NCBI GenBank assembly: GCA_013239625.1 | Contig: MU053561.1 | Location: 5,630,439-5,694,438, forward strand | Direction: 5' to 3' | DNA length: 64,000 bases | Source: Lama guanicoe | Taxonomy: Eukaryota | Part shown: in pieces, positions 37,291-49,559 of the stretch | Position numbering within the stretch: the first letter of the stretch is position 1 | Layout of the letters: the number at the start of each line of letters is the position of its first letter | Made by a program: the position numbers and the translations under genes | Notes under the pieces: model-generated | Database searches by the model: none | The model's input: only the letters and a program-made list of their open reading frames with translations | Told to the model about the DNA's origin: nothing

Positions 37291-39149
37291 ATTGTTCCTC
37301 TCTGAATTTTTACAATGATTTTCATCCTTTTTTTTTTTTTTTTTCTTCCTTGAGAAAGCCCAGATTGTCTTTCTCAGAAGCCTCTGAAATACCAACGTGG
37401 TGGGTTATCACTTTCAATTCAGAGCTTCTGGGGTTGTTCTATTTACTTTCCAGGGTTTCACTGGAGAATCTTAAGTGCTCATTTCCATATGAAACAGCAT
37501 TCCAGGAGAGGAGGCTCTGTTTTTAGCCAAGGTTTTTTCAGGAGGAAACGTAAGTTGAAAAAAGTTTTAAAGACCCTAGATTATTTTTTAAATCCCAAAT
37601 CTCAGTGCAGCTGTCTTCCTATTGCACTGTCTTGCAACTGACATCCTGATATTAAATTCCTGAGAATAAAAGCTTTCTGAAAACATAACTTGCTGTAAAA
37701 AAGACCTGGGACTGTCAGGTATGTGCTTTTGAGACTGTCTACTGTCAAAATGACCAAGGCCCTCTTGTTTGATGTGAAGGAGCCCAAGCAGGCATTCCTG
37801 CAGGGCTCTTGTGGGTAGCACTGTGTTCCCAACAAATTCCAACCCAAAGTCCCCACCAGGACCTAGAATGGTTAGAGCTGGAGGCCGGGGGAGAAGTTTA
37901 GAGATGGTGAAATTGGTCCTCTACTCCCTCTTTCACTGATGAGGACACTGAGTTCCAGGCTCCCAAGAGAGGTACATACAAAATTTATCAGACTCATTCA
38001 CCAGGCAGGTAAATATCACTCGGCTCTACCCATTCATGAGCCAATCTATCTCTGCGTGAGCACTGCTGCAGGAACAAGTCACCAGGATTTAAGTTACAGC
38101 TATCTGGATGTCTAAAAAGCATAAAAAGAACACCTTAAATGGTTAAAATTCAAAAAAATGAAACAAAACGAAAACCACCCAAAAAACTAAACTTGGTTGA
38201 GTCCCGGAGGATGTAAAAAGGTGGATGGGACGAGTGTGTCAGGGACAGACAGTGGACTGTAACGCCTGGATTGTTGAGAGTTACTCCAATGAAATTACCA
38301 TGAAGTTGCTGGTCTCCCCCCTCCTCCCTGGCTCTCTTCATTAATATTACGAATGCAGTCAGCACTGGCCTCTTTGAGTACAGGGGACAAAGATACAAAA
38401 TGACAAGCAGAGAGAGATACTGAATACATTTTATACATTGAATATATCCTCAGTATATGGCCATACACCAATTTTGCCAATTGTGAACCTGCTGGAGCCT
38501 GATTTATAAAGGAATTAATTGTACAGGGAAGAGGGACTGCAGGCATCCTGGGTACCAGGCTAGTGGTTTGAGTTACAGAGTATACACACAGAGGAAAAGA
38601 AAAGCAAGCAAGGAAGGCTGTACAATGCCACACACCTCAGGTGTCCTACCTGTCCCCCAAATCTTCACCATGCTATGAGGATTGAGACAGCTCGGCTCCT
38701 GAGGTCCTCGGCTGTCACCAGGGAAAGAGCATGCCCGCCATTCATTGCGTCTGTGAAGATCAGCAACCTCTTGGGTTCTTCAGCCTGAGTGAAAGGAGGT
38801 ACATGGTCAAGAGTAGAGAAGAATCCCATAGCTGGGTTCAAATTCCCCTTCCCGTTAACCATCTTCCAGGCTGTCCCACATCCTTACCCATGTAAGAGAA
38901 ATAGAAGCCATGCAGCACAGCCTGTTACTGATCTCTTGGGGGTTCCTCGGCATTGGTCCTCCTTGGCCAAAGTGGGGTATGGGGTGAGGGCAAGAGTGGG
39001 GTTGTTCTCAGGTAACGAATCTTACACCACAGAGGAAGGTGTTTTACCACAGAGGAAAAACAGACTCTGACTATATCCTTGATATAGAATCACTGACTGT
39101 GTTGCCTCAATTTCTTTAGTTTTTGTGTTTTCAGAAACAAGAGGAATAT

Positions 39150-39830
39150 TCATCTCACTTCCCTTCTGTGCTCCAGTGACACTGTCCCCAACATGCCACC
39201 TGCAAACACCATGTGCCTTCATGACTGTACACCTTTCTGCAAACTCTCGTTCCACTTGGGGTCCCCTCTCCCACCCTGCACTATGTTACACTCATCCTTT
39301 CAGGTCCCACTCAAATATCACCTCCTCTAGGAAGCCACAGTCCCATGCATTTTTCTCAACTATAACCTTATCAAATTGGCGTCGTGCAAGTATTTACATG
39401 TATAGGTTTCTCACAAACTCCAAATTCCTTGAGGACATAGAATCTGATTCTCAATTCTAAAAGAACATTCCATTACTAGCACGCTTTTTGTCATATAAAA
39501 GATATCTAATAAATAGATACATAGACATAGAATATAAACTTGTGATTGCCAAGGGGGCGGGGGGTGGGAAGAGATAGACTGGGATTTCAAAATTGTAGAA
39601 TAGATAAACAAGATTATACTGTATAGCACAGGGAAATATATACAAGATTTTATGGTAACTCACAGAGAAAAAAATGTGACAATGAATATATATATGTTCA
39701 TGTATAACTGAAAAATTGTGCTCTACACTGTAATGTGACACAACATTGTAAAATGATTATGAATCAATAAAAATGTTAAAAAAAAAGATATCTAATAAAT
39801 GTTTACAGAAAGAAAAATGAATGAAAAACC
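39150..39830 (+). mobile_element. L2 3' end (split by an L1 tail)
   Basis: actcatcctttcaggtcccactcaaatatcacctcctctaggaagcc...aataaatgttt..aatgaatga. Confidence 0.75.
39515..39782 (+). mobile_element. Young camelid-type L1 3' tail with 18-bp TSD
   Basis: Perfect TSD aaaagatatctaataaat at 39497-39514 and 39783-39800. Confidence 0.95.
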
Positions 39831-40700
39831 CCACAGCCAAAAATGAAAGGTAACTAATGGGGAAACAGTTTCAACAAATACAAGAAATGATTACTCTCCA
39901 TAATATAGAGAGATATGTTTCAAATAATAAGAAAAATATGAAATAACAGGCAAAGGACAAACATTGACAGTTAGTTAAAGAAGAAATACAAATAGTAAAT
40001 AAAACTTAGGAACACATTACAACTTCATTTATTATCAAAGAGATGCAAATTAAAACAATCAGAACACATTTTTCCTCTATCAACCTGGCAAAGATAAAAA
40101 CATAATGTTCAGTGTTGTTGAGGGTCTAGTAAGACTGGCAACCTGGTGAATAGGAAATATATTTCTGGAAAGCATTTTGGATATGTCTATGTAGATAGTC
40201 TTAAAAAGTGTTTAATATATTTTGTTCTAGGAATCCCAGTTCTAGACATTAAAAAAATAGCTAGAAATGTAGTAAAAACCCACATATGGGGATGACATTC
40301 AAAGAAGTATTTATAATGTGAAAAAATTGAAAATAACAGAAGTGTTCAAAAATAAAAGAATAGTTTAAAAATTAACTCCATATGATGGAATATCATACAG
40401 CCATTAAAAATATGTTTTCAAAAATATTTCATTGGATACATAGGAAAATATTTCTCAGATAACATTATGAAAAAGAGTGAGATGTAAAATTGTATCATGT
40501 GTTTCCAGTTTTATAAAATATAGATAGCTGGACAGATAGATATTTGTGAAGAAAAAAACCCCAGAAGGATATATACCAATGTGATCTGTATATGTCTGGG
40601 TGGAGAGATTATGGGTGATTTTTATTTCCCTTTTTATAATTTTATAATTGTCTTATTTCCTATGTTTTTAATAATAACCATTTATACTAGGGAAAAAATG
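39830..40700 (+). mobile_element. Old L1ME-type ORF2 end / 3' region
   Basis: ggcaaaggaca..acag..aagaagaaatacaaat...atcaaagagatgcaaattaaaacaa...atggaatatcatacagccattaaaaa. Confidence 0.75.
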
Positions 40701-40719
40701 AGCTTTTATGCTAAGATTT

Positions 40720-41645
40720 AAAATTTTAAGAAGAACTACAAGATACTACTACACAACTATCAAACTGGCTTAAAAAATAATGATAACACCTAATGCTGCA
40801 GAGAATGCAAAGAAACTGGACTGCTCATATATCACCCACATGGTGGGAAAGTAAACTGGTATACCCATTTGGAAAAGTGCATGACAGTTTTTTACAGAAT
40901 ATGTGCTTACCAAACAAACCAGCAACTGCAATTTTGGAGATTTATCCTAGACACATAATAAATTCACACAAAAATCTGTCCACAGGTGCTCATAGGATCA
41001 TTTTTAGCAATTGACAAAACCTGGAAATAATGCAGATGACCGTCAGTGAGTGAACAGTTAAACAAATTCTGGTACCTTCATTCCATGTAACACTACTCAG
41101 CAATAAAAAGGACAAACTAAACTATGGATACACATGACAACTTGAACGTAACCAAGGGAATTATACTGAGTGGGAAAAAAGATGATCTCAAAAGGTTCCC
41201 TACTGGATAATTCTACTTATATGGCATTCTTGAAGTGACAAAATTATAAAGGTGGGGAGCAGACAAATGGTTGCCATAGGTTAGGGAGAGAAGGGTGGAG
41301 GGAGGTGGTTATGCCTATGGGAGTAGTCTAAGGAAGTTTTGTGATGGAACCGTTCTGTATCTTGACTGGTGGTGGTTATGCAAATTTACACATGTGATAA
41401 AAATGCATAGAACCAAACACACACACACACACACACACAAGAGTGTGTGTAAAACTGGTGAAATCTGAGTAGGATTGGTAGAGGGTATCAACATCAATTT
41501 CCTGGTTGTGATACTGCACTGTCCTTGTGCAAGACATTAACATTGAGAGAAGCTGGGTGAAGGGTATAGGAATCTCTCTGCATTGCTCTTTACAACTGCA
41601 TGTGAATCTACACTTATCTCAAAATTAAGAGTTAAAAAATAAAAG
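40720..41645 (+). mobile_element. L1MC-type 3' end
   Basis: atgctg..gagaatgcaaagaaactgga...ctactcagcaataaaaagga...gaagctgggtgaagggtatagga..ctgcatgtgaatctac. Confidence 0.85.
41417..41439. repeat. (CA)n microsatellite
   Basis: About 11 AC units. Confidence 0.95.
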
Positions 41646-41649
41646 AAAT

Positions 41650-42090
41650 GGACAGGAACCTATAAATTAAACAAGATTTAAGAGTCATATCGACTAATTG
41701 CAACATGTGCTTCTTATTTGGATCCTGATCCAAACAAACCATAAAGACAGGTGACTTCTGTGAGAGACTACAAATGTGGACATTGCCTGTGTGGTTGCTG
41801 CCCTTAAGGAATTCTAGGGCTCGTTTCTTTAGATGCAACAATGGTATTATGATTATGCTTTTTAAAATGAGTCTTTGTCTTTTAGAGATGCAAACCAAAA
41901 TATTTAAAGCTGAAGCCATATGATATCTATATGTGCTTCCAAGCAGTGTTGAGGGGAAAAGAGGACAAGGTGGTGATTGGGTAAGCTGAGCCACAGGTAG
42001 GTGTGAAATTGATGTACATTGGAATAGACTATTTTTTTTGTATTTTCAAAATTCCCCACAATAAAATTTTTTTAAATAAAAAAATAAAAA
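41650..42090 (+). mobile_element. Old L1M 3' UTR fragment
   Basis: tgcaacatgtg..ttatttggatcctgatccaaacaaac...tctttt agagatgca..aaaattccccacaataaaa. Confidence 0.65.
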
Positions 42091-43951
42091 GAAGGCTGAG
42101 TCTTCAAGGAAACCCTTCCAAGGTACTTATCTGCTTATCAGTAAAGCAAGTGGCTTCCATCTGAGCACCTAGTGTACCAGGCACTGGGCTAGGCTTTAAA
42201 GATATGGCCATAAAGAGGCTACTCCTTCCCAAGGCTCAGAAGCCAGCAGGAGCAGAGAGATTGTAAAAACAAGTGCGTGCATTTCTGGGTGGTACGTGCT
42301 AATAAGGGTTGTACAATAGCGAAGGGACTGCCTGTTCTTTGCACCAGTGAGATGGTCCCTGGGCCAAGTCTTGAAGGACATGCTACAGCCCGAGTCTGTT
42401 ACAGTGGGGAGGAGTGTTCTTTAAACCTGGACTTGACTCCTAAATAAGACTGAGTATCACCTGTCTTCACATCAGTGCTTTTCATTTCAGAGCCCCTTCC
42501 AACCCAAATTATATTACATTCTTACTGTCAACTGACTCTGCTGTCACCTTCAGGGGGTAATGGAAACAGGCTAAGGATGTTTACTGAAGTCTTTCAGTTC
42601 TCCTAACAGAATGATCTGAGCACAGATTCAATCTCTCTCATCACCAACCGTCCCCTCCAAGATCCTTGAACTTTTCAGCTGTGGCTCCATTATCTGGATA
42701 TTGAATCAGAGGAAAACTGTTAAATGAGCCTTTTCGAGGGAAGGAAACGTGGTTATATGTCTCAGGAAAAAAAACAGGATATATTGCATTTGATGAGGAG
42801 AGTGATCCATTTCACCTTGATAAAATGGAAACGCAAATGAGAGTAAGTTGTTTCATTTATCCTCTCCACCCTCCTCCTCAAATCGCCTTACTGCTGCCCA
42901 ATCCGTTGTAATAACGTAAAGGATGCCACGTGGTTAACAGTGTTAAGGCTATAAATTACGTTTCGTAGAGTGTGGTTTCCCAACAAAGCCACTTGGCAAG
43001 GCACTCTGTGATTAATATCACACTAGGGAAGGCGTGATGTTGGTGGAAACAGAGCAGGAGGGGTGGCAGCAAATGAGACACAGGGACAAGGTGGCAGCAG
43101 CCTCCTCGGCACTGACCTCAGACTTCAGATTGCTGGACGACACCTGCTTGGCTTATAAACAAACAAACTGCCTTCAGGAGAGCATTAACCTCTGTCCCGG
43201 GTATCGTTGTTGACATGCATTATTTATCAGTGCCGTGTTCCATTATCACTAAATAGAGAATCAATAGATTAAAACATAAAAGACCAGAAATCACAATTGC
43301 CAAATAAAGGTAAATCTTCTACTGGGATTTACCACGAAGCCTAGCCACTGGGGCCAAGCATTTGATTCTGGCTTCGCCATTTGTCACTATCGATTTTGCC
43401 TCTGAGAGCGGACGAGCTCCCCTCCCTCACCCCCAGCTGCTGAGACAAAGAATGATTTATCCTCCCTTCCAATACAATTTGCAACCATCAGTCTCATTTG
43501 AATCCTTACCTCGAGAGTCTTTATTCTGATAGGAGAAACGATAAAGGAATTTGGGTTTTGTCTCAGAAGTTTGCCTATAATTACTTTTAGGATCAAATGG
43601 TTCCAAAAGCTGGAACAATGATTTTGAGGGCTGCAAAGCTTGGCCTTAGACAATAGGTCTGAAAACAGTTCACAACCAGCTGTGCCGGAAGCAGAGAAAG
43701 GAGAGTCTGCAATGGTCCAACTAAGAGAAGGAAAATGCTCTCACCTGGGTGGACCTAAGAGCTTTGCCTCTTTCCAAGGAGTTGCTGACTTATTACCTCC
43801 ATGTGGTTTAACAGCCCGACCTTCCTTTCCAGGTAGGAAAGACTATTCTTTGGCAAATGGCTTAATTATCCAATCTGTCTTTTATTTTGAAATTAAGGGA
43901 AAACAACCCAAACTAAGCAAGTCATAACTGGTGAGATAAAAAATATTTCTC

Positions 43952-44388
43952 ACCGACAACATAATGCCATTTGCAGCAACATGGATGCTCCTAGAGAATG
44001 TCATTCTAAGTGAAGTAAGCCAGAAAGAGAAAGAAAAATACCATATGAGATCGCTCATATGTGGAATCTAAAAAACAAAAACAAACAAACAAACAAAAAC
44101 AAAGCATAAATACAGGACAGAAATAGACTCATGGACAGAGAACACAGACTTGTGGTTACCGGTGGGTAGAGGGTGGGAAGGGATAGACTGGGATTTCAAA
44201 ATTGTAGAATAGATAAACAAGATTACACTGTATAGCACAGGGAGATATACACAAAATGTTATGATAAATCACAGAGAAAAAAATGTGACAATGAGTGTGT
44301 ATATGTTCATGAATGACTGAAAAATTGTGCTGAACACTGGAATTTGACACAACATTGTAAAATGATTATAAATCAATAAAAAATGTTA
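43952..44388 (+). mobile_element. Young camelid-type L1 3' end with 14-bp TSD
   Basis: TSD aaaaaatatttctc at 43938-43951 and 44389-44402. Confidence 0.95.
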
Positions 44389-44561
44389 AAAAAATATTTC
44401 TCCAACTTAATTCAACAAATGCCTGTAGAGCTTCTATCAAATACCATCACTAGACACTGGTGGGGATCCACGTTCACTCATCAAATATTTACTGCATGCC
44501 CGCTCCTCGTTAGAGAGTAGGCTCGGTACTGGAGACACAGTGATGAGTAAGACAATCCCTC

Positions 44562-45533
44562 TGTCTTAGTCCATTCAGGCTACTGTGACAAAAATACCAT
44601 GGTTTGGGAGGCTTATAAACAACAGAAATTTATTTCTCGTAATTCTGGAGGCTAGAAGTTCAAGATCAAGGCACCAGCAGATTCAGTGCCTGCTAAGAGC
44701 CAGTGTCTTGGTTTTTAGACATCTGTTTTCTCATATCTTCACATGGCAGAAGGGAGGAGGGAGCTCACCAGAGTCTCTCTCTCTCTCTCTCTCTCTTTAT
44801 TTATTGACGTATAGTCAGTTTACAATGTTGTCAATTTCTGGCTTACAGCAGAATGTTTCAGTCATACATGAATATACATACATTTGTTTTCATAGTTTTT
44901 CACCCTAAGCTACTACAAGACATCAAACATGGTTCTATTTTATATATAGTTTATCTATTTTATATATACCAGTCAGTATCTGCAAATCTTGATCTCCCAA
45001 TTTATCCCTTCCCCACTGATAACTGTAAGTTTGTTTTCTATGTCTGTGAGTCTATTTTTGTTTAATATATAAGTTCATTTGTCTTTTTTTTTTTAGATTC
45101 CACATATGAGTGATCTCATATGATATTTTTCTTTCTCTTTCTGGCTTACTTCACTTAGATTGACAATCTCCAGGGCCATCCATGTTGCTGCAAATGGCAT
45201 TATTTTATTATTTTTATGGCTGAGTAGTATTCCATTGTATAAATATACCACAACTTCTTTATCCAGTCATCTGTTGATGGACATTTAGCTTGTTTCCATG
45301 TCTTGGCTATTGTAAACAGTGCTGCTATGAACATTGGGGTGCAGGTCTCTTTTTGAATTAAGGATTCCTCTCACCAGAGTCTCTGATAAGAGCACTAATC
45401 CCATTCATGAGGGCTTCACCCTCATGACCCACTCATTCCCAAAGGCCCTGCCTCCTTCATCGTCCATACAGAGGGTTAGGATTTCCACAAACATAGTTTG
45501 AGGGGAGGGGACACAAACATTAGGTCGGCAGCA
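44562..45533 (-). mobile_element. MaLR LTR (MLT1A-like), split by L1
   Basis: tgtcttagtccattcaggct..ataaacaacagaaatttatttctc...gcactaatcccattcatgagggc..gggacacaaacatt; 5-bp TSD ccctc/ccttc. Confidence 0.9.
44779..45369 (-). mobile_element. Young L1 3' end with 15-bp TSD
   Basis: TSD ctcaccagagtctct at 44764-44778 and 45370-45384; tail converted to (CT)n. Confidence 0.95.
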
Positions 45534-46103
45534 CCTTCCCTTATAGAACTTGTAGCCTGGCAAGGGAGACAGTCATTGAAGAAATAATCACACAATTAAA
45601 TAATTCACTGAAATTGTGGAAATCGGTGGAGACGTCCAGGTGCTATGAAAAAGTGATGCGGGTCTGGTCTGAGTGCTGGAGGAAGGCTTCCCTGAGTAAG
45701 TGATGTTTAAGCTGAGAACCAAAGTACTTAAGTAAGGATGGGGGCACACTGGGAGGTGGGAGGTAGTATGGTCTCTTTCTCCAAAATCTCCTCATAGAGC
45801 TGGAAGCTAGGGACATGGATAAGTAGTTCTGACCCTTAATTGACTGCTAAGAGCTGTATGAGAGATGTAATGAGCCTTCAGACTGTGGATGGATTCCTGC
45901 AGGGTGAGCCTTCCTGCATCTGACACTGAACCCCTCGCTCCAGTGTAGGAAAGAGCAAAGATGAACACGGTGACACCACGGAACAACAGCAAGAGAGAGA
46001 ACTTCTTGGCCTGTCTGTTGATGTACTATCAGCAATCCATAAACACAAAATAATGTGGTCATCTTTGTTATTATTTCCTGACTCAATAAGTACTTCAGTT
46101 TTT

Positions 46104-46228
46104 TTTAATGAGGGGGTGGGTAATTAGGTTTATTTGTTTATTTATATTTGGAGGAAGTACTGGGGATTGAACCCCGGACCTCGTGAATGCCAGGCATGCG
46201 CTCTACCACTTGAGCTATCCCCTCCCCC
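46104..46228 (-). mobile_element. tRNA-derived SINE (Vic-1-like) with TSD
   Basis: TSD agtacttcagttttt on both sides (46089.. and 46229..). Confidence 0.93.
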
Positions 46229-46647
46229 AGTACTTCAGTTTTTAATCTCTCTTTTGACAGATAAAAGTGAGAACTTGGCAAAGATGCAACATTTTCTACA
46301 CCTGAAAAATTAAAAATTCTCCTCCTTTAGCTCTAGTGCAGCAAAATGTGCATAGTGAATGTTATTAAAAAAAACACAGTGGTTTTATGAGGGATGCAAC
46401 ATCTGACTGAAAGTAGATTAAATGTGTAAATTGATTCTGCAAACTTCTTGCTCATTCGTCCATTCAACAACAATTTAATGGGCATCTACTACATGCCTGG
46501 CAGCCAGGCCTTGTCCTCGTGGAGCTAGTATTCAAGTTTTAGGTAGCTGTGAGTGCGATGAGAAAATAAAGTGGATTCAGGTAAGGGGAAAAATAGGAAT
46601 GAAGATAAAGAACCTACTAGGATACACGGGTCGAGAAAGACTCTCTG

Positions 46648-47120
46648 CAGGGCCAGCTTCATGAGTCCGTGACCAGTGCAATTGCACAAGTCGCCACTCT
46701 GTGTTTGGGGTTTCATCCTCTGCGGTCACCATCCTAACATTGTTAAGAACATTGTTTCTGAGTTTGTGATTTGCCAGTGCAGTCTGATGGGACAATCACC
46801 TGGACTCCCTGGGTTCCGGGCTGCCCACCTCCCCAGGCTCCCGGCGGCAGCAGCCACCCTCTGCCCCAGTGGGAGCCTGAGGGCAGGCACAGCAAGAGTC
46901 AGGGAGACACAAGGTGGGGGCTCCTATGAAGGTCTGCACTCAGGGCGTGTCCCGGGACCCAAATGACCATGACATTAAATGGCAAATAAAACACCCCATG
47001 ACAGGCCCAGAAAGAACATGGAGAAGGGGGGAAAGCTTTTCTTCTTGTTTTGGAACAGGGGGCCCTGTCCCACATTTTTTTATGTTGCACTAGGCCCTGC
47101 AAATTAGGTAGCCGGCCCTG
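46648..47120 (+). mobile_element. MER45-family hAT-Tip100 element inside an L2 remnant
   Basis: TIRs cagggccagct / agccggccctg; ttgcactaggccctgcaaatta; 8-bp TSD actctctg/cctttctg. Confidence 0.85.
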
Positions 47121-48053
47121 CCTTTCTGAAGAGAGACACTTGAGCAGAGACCTGAAAGGAGGGAAGGTGTGGGCGTCAGCACAGCAAGCAGGGAGCTCTA
47201 AGTGCTAAGGCCCTCAGGCTGGAACAAGCTTGCCGTGGTGGCAGGAAGGCTGGCGTGGCTGGAGCATCGACAGCAAGTGGGAGGGTGGGAGGGTGGGAGG
47301 GTGAGCAGAGATGCAGCCAGGGACCCAGGGTGTGAGGCTTTCTGGGTCACAAGAAGGATGCTGATTGGAAAGAATGGGGGGGGGGGCGCGTTAGGCAGGA
47401 AAATGAAAGTCTGATTTAAGTTTTTAAAGGCTGTTTTTTGGGAGACGGTGAGATTAATCTTATTTTTACTTTATTAATATATTCACTCATTCCTATTCCA
47501 TCTTGTCATCAAAGGGGCTGGGTGACCTTGAATGAGGACAGTGACAGAGGCATAAGTGCCAGCACCATGAAAAGGGAAGACACGGGTGAGGTGAGCCCCC
47601 ATCCCTGAGACCCAGGGGCAGCTGAGGGGTGCGTGGAAGCAGGAAGGAGTGAGAATGAGTCCAAGGCTTGCATTCTCCTCTGTGGCGTGAGAAGCAAAGT
47701 CAAGTACTAGACGTGAAGGTGGCTGAGGGAGGGCGTCTGAGGAAGGAAGAGAGGTCTGGAACATCTTTTGAGAGGAAAAGGAGAAAGCTGCCTGGGGACA
47801 AGAGGAGAGGATTTTGGCAGCACAGATGGCCCAGCCCTGGTAAGAAACCCGTCTCCCTTCTGAAAGGAACCTCCTCACCTAAGTTCTCGACCCTGCTCTT
47901 TACCATTCCTGAAGGCTCTCCCACACTGAAGCTGCACTCCTTAAAAATGCACAGATATCCAATTTTATAACCACAAGATGCCTTGTGATGCCCCCATTCC
48001 AGTTATTTTCCTATGCCTGGTCTGCCATCTATATCTTTACTTAGTTAATTAAG

Positions 48054-48147
48054 TTTTTTTTTTTAAGTGGAGGTACTGGGGATTGAACCCAGGACTTCGT
48101 GCATGCTAAGCACGTGCTCTACCACTGAGCTATTACCCTCTCCCCCC
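48054..48147 (-). mobile_element. tRNA-derived SINE (Vic-1-like, short tail)
   Basis: tggaggtactggggattgaacccaggacttcgtgcatgctaagcacgtgctctaccactgagcta. Confidence 0.92.
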
Positions 48148-48149
48148 AT

Positions 48150-48700
48150 AGCTTTAAACCCACAGCACTTTCTTCAGCTGCTCTCCCCTGACTCATTCCT
48201 TCATTTCCTGCCATATGATTTTATTCCATCACATTATTGAAATTTCCCTTAAACATCACCTATGATTTTCACTCTATTCTTGTCTTAAGTAGTGTGTGTG
48301 TGTGCACTTAATCTGTGAAAGCTTTTTTTTTAATTTTACCTCCACCTCTCACTTAAAACTCTTGTTCTTAACTTGCTTGACACTGATCTTCCATGACTAT
48401 CTTCCTCCCTCTCTGATCACAGTAAACTTTACCTTCCCCGTAGCTCTCAGTAGCTCTCAGTCTCTCATCGTGGGCCCTGACTAAGACTCAGCTCCAGCTC
48501 ACTGCTTGGCCCAGTCACCTACTTAGGGAGCTCATCTCCTTTTCTGCCATCAACCACCTCAATGAACAAGGCTTCTCAGCTTAATGATCAGCTCTTGGTG
48601 TACGATTCCTGAGCACACCTTTCATCCAAACTTCTCTCTCCTAGATTCTGTTGTCCTATTTCTAACCTAAAATTATCATCTCCAAAAATGTGCTTGAAAG
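48150..48700 (+). mobile_element. L2 fragment
   Basis: Pyrimidine-rich L2-like sequence (cttccatgacta.., acttagggagctcatc.., ctctctcctagattc). Confidence 0.5.
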
Positions 48701-48723
48701 TGTTTCTGCAAAACACCTTTCCA

Positions 48724-49297
48724 GGTTCCCCCAAAAATTAAAAATAGAATTAACATAAGATCCAGCAGTCCCTCTTCTGGGTAGATGTCCAAAAGAATTG
48801 CAAGCAGGAACTCAGAGAAATATTTGTATACCCCTGTTTATAGCAGCATTACTTACAATAGCCAAAAGGTAGAAGCAACCCACGTTGCTTCCCATTGATG
48901 GATGGATGAATGAATAATAAAATGTTATTCAGCCTTAAAAAGGAAGGAACTATGACACATGGATGAAACTTGAGGACATCATGCTAAGTGAAGTAAATCA
49001 GTCATAAAAAGACATTAAAATAGTGTATGATTTCACTTATAGTAGGTACATAGAATAGTCGAATTCATAGAGACAGAAAGCAGAATGGTGGTGGACAAGG
49101 GGGAGGAGAGAATGGGGAGTTAGTGTTTAATGGCTGCTGAGTTTCACATTTGCAAGGTGGAAGAGTTCTGTGGAAAGATGGTGGTGATGCCAGCAAAACA
49201 ATGTGAATGAACTTCATCCACTGAACGGTACACTTCCACAATAGTTAAAATGGTAAACATTTAATGGCATGTGTATTTCTCAATAATTAAAAAAAAA
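48724..49297 (+). mobile_element. L1MB-type 3' end
   Basis: aaaaattaaaaatagaatta..gatccagcagtccctcttctggg...cttgaggacatcatgctaagtgaa...gagacagaaagcagaatggtgg..aaaatggtaaa. Confidence 0.9.
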
Positions 49298-49559
49298 TCC
49301 CTTTTCAGTTTCCAAACTTCTATTTCACTATTCTTGAATCCATCATGCTCCCAACTGTGGAGTTAATATTCACTGTGCCCTACCCTTACCCTCCACATAC
49401 CATGATGTGTCTCATCAATTTCGTCCTTCAAGCACGTCACAACTCTTTCTTCATTCCTGTTGAGTCATCTACCTAAGACGCAGATTTTGAAGTGATGTCA
49501 GAGGTCTAGCTTCCCCTTCCTCCTATGACTGGAATCCTCTCTAATGTCCTTAGCCAAGA

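Larger units (their letters stand above)
44405..45740 (-). mobile_element. L2 3' region (host of nested MLT1A and L1)
   Basis: ttcactcatcaaatatttactgcatgcc..ggagacacagtgatgagtaagacaatccct resumes after the LTR as ccttatagaacttgtagcctgg..ggaaggcttccctgag. Confidence 0.75.
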
